Source of the DNA: a virus
Direction: 5' to 3' (one strand)
DNA length: 49,492 nt
Virus record (IMG/VR): IMGVR_UViG_3300045988_041301
Span: 1-49,492 of that record
Of this stretch, positions 43,611-49,492 are shown piece by piece. A program made the position numbers and the translations under genes. The notes under the pieces were generated by a model that saw only the letters and a list, made by a program, of their open reading frames with translations, made no database searches and was not told where the DNA came from. The stretch's first letter is position 1. Each line of letters opens with the position of its first letter.

Positions 43611-43656
43611 TCACTTTTTTACTATGCGTCTTTCACCCCGCATTATAAAAAAGTGA
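43611..43656. other. Candidate attP: 11-bp perfect inverted repeat with 24-bp spacer, 4 nt after the integrase stop
   Basis: The arms are TCACTTTTTTA (43611..43621) and TAAAAAAGTGA (43646..43656). The 46-bp total with outer inverted arms resembles known serine-integrase attP architecture. Confidence 0.35.
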
Positions 43657-43685
43657 AATACAAAAAATGGAAGGAAGCGTTGTTT

Positions 43686-43859
43686 ATGCCAGCTATCTAT
43701 CATGTATTCGGATCCGGAGATTTCTTTCTGGAAACCATCAGCCAACGCGAGGCTGCCTTGACTGCCAGGAACGTCGCAACCGAGACCGGCCAGCCTGCGT
43801 CGGTGCTTATGTACTTCGATGGCCGAACAAAGATCACACATTACTACCCTGAAAAGTAG
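43686..43859 (+). CDS. Hypothetical small protein
   Basis: I chose ATG 43686 after GGAAGGAAG. 57 aa. Confidence 0.4.
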   Translation: MPAIYHVFGSGDFFLETISQREAALTARNVATETGQPASVLMYFDGRTKITHYYPEK

Positions 43860-43928
43860 TTATAAAATACTATAAGATATGGACAAATTCAGTGTAAAAA
43901 CATTGTGCAAATTACGGTTATAAATAAC

Positions 43929-43957
43929 TTGAATAGTACCGGCATCAGAGCTAATAT
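43929..43957 (+). promoter_or_regulatory. Candidate promoter TTGAAT-17-TAATAT for the small-ORF cluster
   Basis: Read directly in the AT-rich gap upstream of 44004. Confidence 0.45.
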
Positions 43958-44003
43958 ACAGACAACCTAAAGGAAAGCAAATAAATGAATCGGAGGTCTT
44001 AGT

Positions 44004-44171
44004 ATGAAGCAGTTGAGAAATATAATTGACGTATGGAACATGATTGAAAAGTTTAACCTGCAGGGCTGGGTGGTAAAAGATAGCACCGTGATTCTTCTTC
44101 CGGTTGCTGAATACGAACGGCTTCTCGCAAGCGTTAAAAACAAGAAATATATTCGCAGCTTGGCGAGATAG
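44004..44171 (+). CDS. Hypothetical 55-aa protein (below the track cutoff)
   Basis: A GGAGG RBS lies 7 nt before the ATG. The sequence is MKQLRNIIDVWNMIEKFNLQGWVVKDSTVILLPVAEYERLLASVKNKKYIRSLAR. The VILLPVAEYERLL segment is reminiscent of Phd/YefM-type antitoxins. Confidence 0.45.
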   Translation: MKQLRNIIDVWNMIEKFNLQGWVVKDSTVILLPVAEYERLLASVKNKKYIRSLAR

Positions 44172-44183
44172 GAGGTATGAATC

Positions 44184-44348
44184 ATGAGGAAAACAAACCG
44201 TGTTTACTTGGTAACCTGGAGCTATCCTGGCGGCGGTTGGGACGTCGTCAGAGCTTACGTCGATACGAAAGCGCAGGCCAGAAAGGCTGCAAAGGATCAA
44301 TTCGGATCCTGTATCGAAATTCACGACATTGAACTCTGGGAGAGTTGA
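44184..44348 (+). CDS. Hypothetical 54-aa protein (below the track cutoff)
   Basis: An AGGAGG RBS lies 8 nt before the ATG. The sequence is MRKTNRVYLVTWSYPGGGWDVVRAYVDTKAQARKAAKDQFGSCIEIHDIELWES. Confidence 0.45.
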   Translation: MRKTNRVYLVTWSYPGGGWDVVRAYVDTKAQARKAAKDQFGSCIEIHDIELWES

Positions 44349-44628
44349 TCTCCCAGGTATTAAACCGCCGATGGCAGGTCCGAAGCCCTGCAGGAAGAAG
44401 CGCGACGGGTACCGTGGATTGATGTTCGACAAGTTTCCCTGGTTTTTAATGTGAAAGCCTGAAGGTCTGGCTGCCCCGCCGGACGTCCTCGTAAATCTTG
44501 CACCCGGCCATCGGCCAGAAAGGCGACGCCTATGATTGTATAAATTTTATCCTGGGTTTTCTGCAGCTTCCCCACGCAGCCGAATTGAAGCGCTCCACGG
44601 TTATCCTTTTAGAAAGGAATAAATAAAA

Positions 44629-44862
44629 ATGTTTGACAAAGAAAAATTAAAAGCTGCCATGGTTGCTCATGGCGATCTGAATAAAGACTTGGCAGAATAC
44701 CTCGGTATGTCTGTCCCTAACTTCTCGACCATCTGGAATGGCCGGCAACAGTTCAATGTGAAGCACATCCGTCTGATTGCTTTGCGCTATTCCCTGGATC
44801 CTGTACAGGTGTGGGATATCTTCTTGTTCCCTGAAGGATTCGTCTCTGATATCAATATCTAA
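44629..44862 (+). CDS. Small XRE-type HTH protein
   Basis: 77 aa. NKDLAEYLGMSVPNFSTIWNGRQQF is an HTH pattern. Confidence 0.6.
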   Translation: MFDKEKLKAAMVAHGDLNKDLAEYLGMSVPNFSTIWNGRQQFNVKHIRLIALRYSLDPVQVWDIFLFPEGFVSDINI

Positions 44863-44906
44863 CAAAAGCCCAGGAGCTCAGCTCCCAGGCTTTCTTTTTG
44901 TCCATA

Positions 44907-46379
44907 TTAAATTGCAATCAGATCTTTCCAGGTCTTTTCTCCGCACTCTCCGTCTACGGCCAGAGCTCCGTTTCTGGATTTCTGGTAAGCCTTGAGTGCA
45001 TAGATCGTGTTCTCATCAGCCTTTCTGGATAAACTCAGGGCCTTTCCATTTTTGCCCTTGAATCCTCTTGCTCTTAAGATCTCCTGCAGCAGCAGGACGG
45101 ATGTTCCTGTGGATCCGAGTTTCACAAGTGCAGGTTCAAACATATAGCCAGCTCCTTTCGTAGTTGTTTCCGGTGTCACAGTTTCTGGTTTCTTTGTTGG
45201 CTTGCTTCCGCTCGTATTTACGAGACCGGAGAAGTCGATTCCTTTTCCGGTGAATCTGAGACGGTGCGTCCAGCCATGACTATACAGGTACCACGGCTGC
45301 GTTCTGATCTCATTTCCGGAGTTGTCCTTTGTGTCCGTCGTTCCCTCGGAGCTTCTGGCATGGACAATGTTGTCCTTACCAATCGCCATTGCTACATGAC
45401 TATTGGATCCATTTGGATTATTGTCCGCCAGTTCCAGATCGCCTTTGATCATCTGTGCATGAGCTGTCTGATTTCTGGCCACGACCTCAAACCCGCATTT
45501 TAACATTTCCAGCATATTGCCGGTGTAGCTGCAGTGCTCCTTCAGGTATCTGGCCTGCTGAGTAAGCCCATTCTTAAGGAATGCGTAGTAGTAAGCAGTC
45601 AGGGTCAGCGAACTGCAATCGAAAGACTTTGGTGCATTGATTTCATACAAACTCCGGATTCTCTGGCTGTATCCGTGATCGTTATCATTTGCGATTCCGA
45701 CCGCAAACTCTACCGCATCGTTCCGGATGTTCTGAATGATCTGTTCTTTTGTTTTCTTCACTTCTGGCTCCCCCTTGTCATTTTTGGAATAATCTTTGTA
45801 GAAGACGTTCCGGTCTACGGTTCCGCTAATACCAGGGATCTTGGCCTTGGAGCTGTACTGCCAGCCGACGCCGAAGTCTGGCCGGAGTCTCTCCTGGAGC
45901 CATCCGTTATCGTTGGCCGGATACCTTGCGATCCAGAAATCGTACTTCTTCAGGTGACTGCAGATCACATTCATGTACCAGTCCACGTTGCAGTAGATGC
46001 CGAACTTGTAACCTGCTGCCTCTACGATTTCTCTGAAAGCATCAGCCATCTTGTGGATACTCTCAGCTCCGATGCTTCTCTGGTTATTGTATTCCAGGTC
46101 AAGCCATACCGGATACTGCAGCTTCCTTCCATTCAGGACGGATACGACTTTCCTGGCTTCGCTCTGAATCTCTGCGATCGTCATTGCATAGCTGTATTTA
46201 TATACTCCGACCGGGATATTGTGCTTTTTACATCCGGAGAAGTTTCTCTCGAAGCAGCTATCGATCACGTTGCCTGCTTCTGTAATTCGAATAAAGACGA
46301 AGTCCATCCCATAGCTCGCTACCTTATCCCAGTCAATCTGCCCCTGCCAAGCAGAGACGTCAATTCCTTTGATTTCCAT
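44907..46379 (-). CDS. Endolysin: GH25 muramidase + NlpC/P60-like cysteine peptidase + PG_binding_1 domain
   Basis: GIDVSAWQGQIDWDKV marks the GH25 domain. FDCSSLT with NSHVAMAIG gives a Cys/His peptidase. The C-terminal LLLQEILRARGF...VDGECGEKTW is a peptidoglycan-binding repeat. Confidence 0.9.
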   Translation of the reverse strand: MEIKGIDVSAWQGQIDWDKVASYGMDFVFIRITEAGNVIDSCFERNFSGCKKHNIPVGVYKYSYAMTIAEIQSEARKVVSVLNGRKLQYPVWLDLEYNNQRSIGAESIHKMADAFREIVEAAGYKFGIYCNVDWYMNVICSHLKKYDFWIARYPANDNGWLQERLRPDFGVGWQYSSKAKIPGISGTVDRNVFYKDYSKNDKGEPEVKKTKEQIIQNIRNDAVEFAVGIANDNDHGYSQRIRSLYEINAPKSFDCSSLTLTAYYYAFLKNGLTQQARYLKEHCSYTGNMLEMLKCGFEVVARNQTAHAQMIKGDLELADNNPNGSNSHVAMAIGKDNIVHARSSEGTTDTKDNSGNEIRTQPWYLYSHGWTHRLRFTGKGIDFSGLVNTSGSKPTKKPETVTPETTTKGAGYMFEPALVKLGSTGTSVLLLQEILRARGFKGKNGKALSLSRKADENTIYALKAYQKSRNGALAVDGECGEKTWKDLIAI

Positions 46380-46427
46380 GCTGGTCCTCCTTTTCTGAAA
46401 GAGGGCAGCAGTGCCGCCCTCTGTTTC

Positions 46428-46685
46428 TTATTCCTCAGTGTCATCTACGCCGATGCCAGGAAGGACCTCAGTTCCATCGATGGACGGAGCTGCTCCTGCT
46501 GCATCAGCCAGGCCTTCTCCGATCACATATGCGATCACTGTAGCTCCGGCCATGATCAGCGCAGCTACCTGGGATGCCTGGTTCTCAGTTCCACCGCACG
46601 CCACGATCATCATTGTTACGAAGTTTGCAATCGCAAGCCAGAACTTCCGGCTCGTCAGTTTCTTTGCCCAGTTAATATTCTTCAT
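46428..46685 (-). CDS. Holin (phi LC3 / SPP1-type)
   Basis: 85 aa with N-terminal NWAKKLTSRKFWLAIANFV, two TM helices and an acidic tail. It lies directly upstream of the endolysin gene. Confidence 0.8.
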   Translation of the reverse strand: MKNINWAKKLTSRKFWLAIANFVTMMIVACGGTENQASQVAALIMAGATVIAYVIGEGLADAAGAAPSIDGTEVLPGIGVDDTEE

Positions 46686-46697
46686 GTCATTGCCTCC

Positions 46698-47048
46698 TTA
46701 AATGATATGTTCGACTCCCTGCTTTGTCAGGAACTCTTTCTGTTTATGTTTTACTTCGGTCGCGTATGCCAGAGCCGCGTGCATATCCCCGTTGCAGTGT
46801 GCGTCGGGAATTCTCTGCACTGCCTTGGCCGTAGCCTCTGAAAGAGACATGCAGGCATTCACGCTGTTGATCACAACAAGCTGCAGCTGCTCCTGCTTTT
46901 TCTCTCTTGCGTCAAATTCTTTCTGCCGGCGCTGGCGTTCTTCTTTTTCCGCGGCCGCCCTGGCTTCCAGTTTTCGTTCCAAAAACCAGAAACAGAAGCC
47001 CACGGCCGCTGACGGAATTCCGGCGGCCAGGATTAATGTTTCAATCAT
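46698..47048 (-). CDS. Membrane-anchored coiled-coil lysis-cassette protein (holin-like)
   Basis: 116 aa with an N-terminal TM helix (LILAAGIPSAAVGFCFWFL) and then a charged coiled coil. Confidence 0.5.
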   Translation of the reverse strand: MIETLILAAGIPSAAVGFCFWFLERKLEARAAAEKEERQRRQKEFDAREKKQEQLQLVVINSVNACMSLSEATAKAVQRIPDAHCNGDMHAALAYATEVKHKQKEFLTKQGVEHII

Positions 47049-47259
47049 CTCTTTCTCCTTTCATACAGCTCCTGCAGGGCTCCTGGCTGGCCGGTATATG
47101 ATAGCTGCGGCATTCTCCGCAAGATTCATAAAATTGACACAGAGGCCCGGTACAGGGCTCATATGAGCGCCTGCAGATGTTTCGTTCATCGATATGGCTG
47201 CATATGAAGTTACTCTGCAGTCTTTTTCTTTTCTTCGATGATTTCTTCCTTCTCTTCAT
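47041..47259 (-). CDS. Possible small Cys-rich protein
   Basis: 72 aa with CTGPLC, CGEC and CRSC motifs. Its stop makes an ATGATTGA overlap with the next gene. Its 5' 50 nt overlap XkdX in another frame, so the call is uncertain. Confidence 0.3.
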   Translation of the reverse strand: MKRRKKSSKKRKRLQSNFICSHIDERNICRRSYEPCTGPLCQFYESCGECRSYHIPASQEPCRSCMKGERDD

Positions 47260-47359
47260 CGGTGATCCATCCTCTCTTCACTGCAGTCTGAAGGGCTGCG
47301 TCTGTCAGGCGATCAGCCAGATATAACCTTTTGAGTCTTTCGTACATTGCGCTATGCAT
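47210..47359 (-). CDS. XkdX-family small protein (49 aa, below the track cutoff)
   Basis: The sequence is MHSAMYERLKRLYLADRLTDAALQTAVKRGWITDEEKEEIIEEKKKTAE. The KRGWITDEE..EI signature is XkdX-like. It has a TAATG overlap with the upstream stop. Confidence 0.7.
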   Translation of the reverse strand: MHSAMYERLKRLYLADRLTDAALQTAVKRGWITDEEKEEIIEEKKKTAE

Positions 47360-47745
47360 TAAAGTTCACCTCCCAGGGATGCGATGACTAAGTCATCAAC
47401 TGTACTGCTGAGTTCCTTGTTGGCAGCAGTTAAAGTCTGCACTGTCTGCTGCAGGATCTCGATCTCAGTAAGCGGCTCACCGGCTGCTTCAGATTCTTTG
47501 GCCTTCTGAAGCCAGGCATCAAAGGAAGCCTGGACGCTTTCTTCCAGTCCTTCTCTGTAGTAGGTTTCCACCTCGTACCGGTCATAGGTGAAGTAGGTGG
47601 ACGGCTCCTGATCCGCGCCGTTGTCTTTTGTGAACGGGCCGGCGACATTGTCATACAGGATTACAGTGCAGACTGTTCCCTCCTTCTTCGGGAAGGCTTC
47701 GATTTCAAGCTGCACAGATGGCTTTACATTGCTTTCTGTTCTCAT
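47359..47745 (-). CDS. Hypothetical protein in XkdW position (acidic, C-terminal coiled coil)
   Basis: 128 aa. It overlaps the RT 3' end by 41 nt and is followed by XkdX. Confidence 0.5.
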   Translation of the reverse strand: MRTESNVKPSVQLEIEAFPKKEGTVCTVILYDNVAGPFTKDNGADQEPSTYFTYDRYEVETYYREGLEESVQASFDAWLQKAKESEAAGEPLTEIEILQQTVQTLTAANKELSSTVDDLVIASLGGEL

Positions 47746-48871
47746 TGCTTACTACTCCTTTCAATACTTTGAAGTTTATAAACGGCTGGATCCACTTCTC
47801 ATAGAATCCGGTGGAGTCTGAATGATCCATGTATCCTTTGTAGCTGATCATGCCGGAGGCGTTGGTCACTGAGGCATAGCCATTTCTGGCTATCGTCCTG
47901 GCTTTACGTGATATCCTATACAGAATTGACTTCCGAAGCGTTACTTTACCGCTTGTATGGAACTTAAAACCTAAGAAGTCAAGCGGGCGAATCCGTAAGT
48001 GAAACACCTGCCAGTTGCCCTTCAGCTTCATCTGCATGCTTTGCAGATATTCTCCAACCGTCCTGATCGCTGCATGCAGTCGTTTCTTCGAATTGTCAAA
48101 CAGGACCATATCATCGACGTATCTCGCGGAATGATTGAGACCACACTTCTCTGCGATCAGGTGATCTAAGTCCTGAAAGAAAAAATTTAAAAACCAGGGG
48201 GATGTGTACAGTCCAACTGGAATACCTACCGCAGTGTCTTCCGGCAGCATCTGCGTCTTGTTTGCCATGGCCTGCTGATAGCTGGCTATGATCTTAAAGG
48301 CAAGCCGCAGGAATCTCCTGTCTTTGATGCGCTTCTCCAGTTTCAGGCGAAGCTGCTCATGTGGCAGCGTTGGATAGCACTGTTTCACATCCAGGACGCC
48401 GACTTTGCTCGTTCCTTTTGGATCATTTACGATCCAACGCTTTATAACCTTCCTGGCTCCGTCGGTTCCTTTTCCTGGTACGCATCCGCAGCTATGCTCG
48501 TAGGAGCCATGTTCTACGACTTTCTTAAATACCAGGACAAATGCGTGATGAATGCACTGATCTGGAAAGAAGCGCGGCACTGCGATGATGCGTTTCTTTT
48601 TCTTTATGCCATCGTTGATCTCTCGGATGTGGTAAGCGTGCGGTATCCAACTCTCTGTTTTCAGAATCTCCTGCAGCTTCTTTGCGTATTTATCGACGTC
48701 CAGCAGAATCCTTCTGACTGATGGCCGGTCACTTTTGCGCTTTGCTGCGTTTCTGATCGCCAGCTTGATATTATCCAGGTCTACCACTCTCTCGAAGAGA
48801 TGACCGATTCTCTTTGTGAATTTTATTGGTTCAGTTATCATTGGTATATTTAATCTCTTTGTTAGCCTCAC
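47705..48871 (-). CDS. DGR reverse transcriptase
   Basis: The motifs are SCGCVPGKGTDGA, IPVGLYTSPWFLN and YVDDMVLF. It lies 170 nt downstream of the TR on the same strand. Start is GTG 48871 or ATG 48841. Confidence 0.9.
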   Translation of the reverse strand: MRLTKRLNIPMITEPIKFTKRIGHLFERVVDLDNIKLAIRNAAKRKSDRPSVRRILLDVDKYAKKLQEILKTESWIPHAYHIREINDGIKKKKRIIAVPRFFPDQCIHHAFVLVFKKVVEHGSYEHSCGCVPGKGTDGARKVIKRWIVNDPKGTSKVGVLDVKQCYPTLPHEQLRLKLEKRIKDRRFLRLAFKIIASYQQAMANKTQMLPEDTAVGIPVGLYTSPWFLNFFFQDLDHLIAEKCGLNHSARYVDDMVLFDNSKKRLHAAIRTVGEYLQSMQMKLKGNWQVFHLRIRPLDFLGFKFHTSGKVTLRKSILYRISRKARTIARNGYASVTNASGMISYKGYMDHSDSTGFYEKWIQPFINFKVLKGVVSNENRKQCKAICAA

Positions 48872-49041
48872 CGGCTTTCAATCGTGCTACTAACCGGTGC
48901 CATTTACGGCCCATTTTCACCAAGCGGTGCGGCACCATGACTCTGCATGGCGGTGGCTCTATGGCCAGCGAATAAAGGAACGACATATTTATAAAAACCA
49001 AAAATTGAGAAATATGTCGAAAATGAGATTATTAACAAAGT

Positions 49042-49148
49042 GGGCGACCGCCGATGTTCCAGTTCGCATTCCCAGCCGAGTTGTTGCAGTTCCGGTTGAA
49101 CGGGCCCGAGTTCGTGCCGTTGTTCACGTTACCACCCGAGATGACCAC
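49042..49148 (-). repeat. DGR template repeat (TR), 107 bp
   Basis: It aligns without gaps to 49337..49443. In the target reading frame it carries 10 AAC, 1 AAT and 2 ATC codons, with 25 adenines on the minus strand. Confidence 0.92.
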
Positions 49149-49283
49149 CGATCGCGCGTTCCTTTATCCCCATATATTTACAAGTTACTTTTTATTATGT
49201 TTCCGACATTTATATCGGGAACATAATCTCGCAGGGGCAAGGGCTCCCGGCATGCATGTGTTACGGTTCCTTTGCCGGAAGCT

Positions 49284-49305
49284 CCGGGGGAGAAAAGTCC
49301 CCCGG
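49284..49305 (-). promoter_or_regulatory. GC hairpin 31 nt downstream of the VR (candidate DGR target-recognition hairpin/cruciform)
   Basis: CCGGGGGA-(6-nt loop)-TCCCCCGG, an 8-bp perfect stem with no T-run after it on the minus strand. Confidence 0.45.
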
Positions 49306-49320
49306 TCCCCCTTGAAATGG

Positions 49321-49492
49321 CTACTTTCTAGCTTGAGGGCGACCGCCGATGTCCCAGTTCGCAATCCCAGCCGAGTAGTCGCAGTACCGGGAGAACGGGC
49401 CCGAGGTCGTGCCGTAGAACACGCGACCACCCGAGAAGACCACTTCTCCGCCTTCGGCGGCATAATAGTAATCGCAGAAGTAGGTATTGCTG
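49321..49492 (-). CDS. 3' end of the tail-fibre / DGR target gene (last 38 codons plus stop, plus the duplicated 55 nt)
   Basis: The frame continues from nt 1 and reads ...EVVFSGGRVFYGTTSGPFSRYCDYSAGIANWDIGGRPQARK*, with the stop at 49321..49323. The full ORF is 631 codons. Confidence 0.85.
   Translation of the reverse strand, partial: SNTYFCDYYYAAEGGEVVFSGGRVFYGTTSGPFSRYCDYSAGIANWDIGGRPQARK
49337..49443 (-). repeat. DGR variable repeat (VR), 107 bp
   Basis: It has 14 mismatches to the TR, all at TR adenines (coding strand). All 82 non-A positions are identical. Confidence 0.92.
49438..49492. repeat. Terminal 55-nt direct repeat (copy of 1..55)
   Basis: See the feature at 1..55. Confidence 0.95.

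Larger units (their letters stand above)
47705..49492 (-). mobile_element. Diversity-generating retroelement cassette (VR - hairpin - TR - spacer - RT)
   Basis: This is the combination of the TR/VR pair with adenine-only substitutions and the adjacent RT gene. The order on the minus strand is target/VR, 188 nt, TR, 170 nt, RT. Confidence 0.9.

Noticed and set aside
43860-44432. 190-aa minus-strand ORF
   Set aside because: It has no RBS and its sequence looks unnatural. It lies antisense to two plus-strand ORFs with strong GGAGG sites and a candidate promoter.
44861-44905. cccagg...cccagg region between the convergent HTH and endolysin genes, considered as a bidirectional terminator
   Set aside because: The long arms are direct repeats, not inverted. 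Only a 5-bp GGAGC/GCTCC stem can form, which is too weak to call.
47359-47745. 128-aa ORF next to the RT considered as the DGR accessory protein Avd
   Set aside because: The length fits Avd. However, the protein is acidic, its N-terminus does not look like a helical bundle, it lies downstream of the RT rather than between VR and TR, and it is followed by an XkdX gene exactly as XkdW is in PBSX-like modules.
48897-49463. Track ORFs 48897..49226 (+) and 49185..49463 (-) covering TR and VR
   Set aside because: They are in the wrong frame or strand relative to the fibre ORF and arise from the GC-rich repeats. Neither has an RBS.

Overview
The first 55 nt equal the last 55 nt, so this window is a circularly closed genome of about 49,437 bp. 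It is a temperate, contractile-tailed phage or prophage of a Gram-positive, Clostridia-like host (GGAGG ribosome-binding sites, XkdX, SPP1/phiLC3-type holin, GH25 endolysin, large serine integrase). Nearly all genes are on the minus strand and tightly coupled by ATGA/TAATG/GTGA overlaps.

Early and replication module (40436 down to 24660): back-to-back consensus promoters, a 447-nt structured non-coding leader, an SNF2 helicase split into two ORFs by a 1.2-kb two-gene insert, a GHKL-type ATPase, a CHC2 primase/SF3 helicase next to an iteron origin, an HD hydrolase, a VRR-NUC nuclease and a sigma-like late regulator.

Late module (23763 down to 1): ParB-methyltransferase, Nu1-like TerS, GpA-type TerL, gpW-like protein, portal, prohead protease, capsid, sheath, tube, chaperone with a -1 frameshift, tape measure, a P2-like X/D/V/U/W/J/I baseplate and the tail fibre.

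The tail-fibre ORF runs across the circular junction. It ends in the variable repeat of a diversity-generating retroelement (VR 49337-49443, TR 49042-49148, RT 47705-48871), with 14 of 14 TR/VR differences at adenines. No Avd gene is present. XkdW/XkdX-like genes, two membrane/holin proteins and a three-domain endolysin follow.

The plus-strand lysogeny and accessory island (40599-44862) holds a CI-like repressor, a secreted moron, the serine integrase with candidate attP inverted repeats, and small ORFs plus an HTH gene.

The least explained element is a 284-nt tract almost free of A on the + strand (24101-24384). It lies between two intrinsic terminators in the gap between the late regulator and the late operon. 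I recognised no rRNA, tRNA or CRISPR array. All family names come from motifs read in the translations, not from searches.
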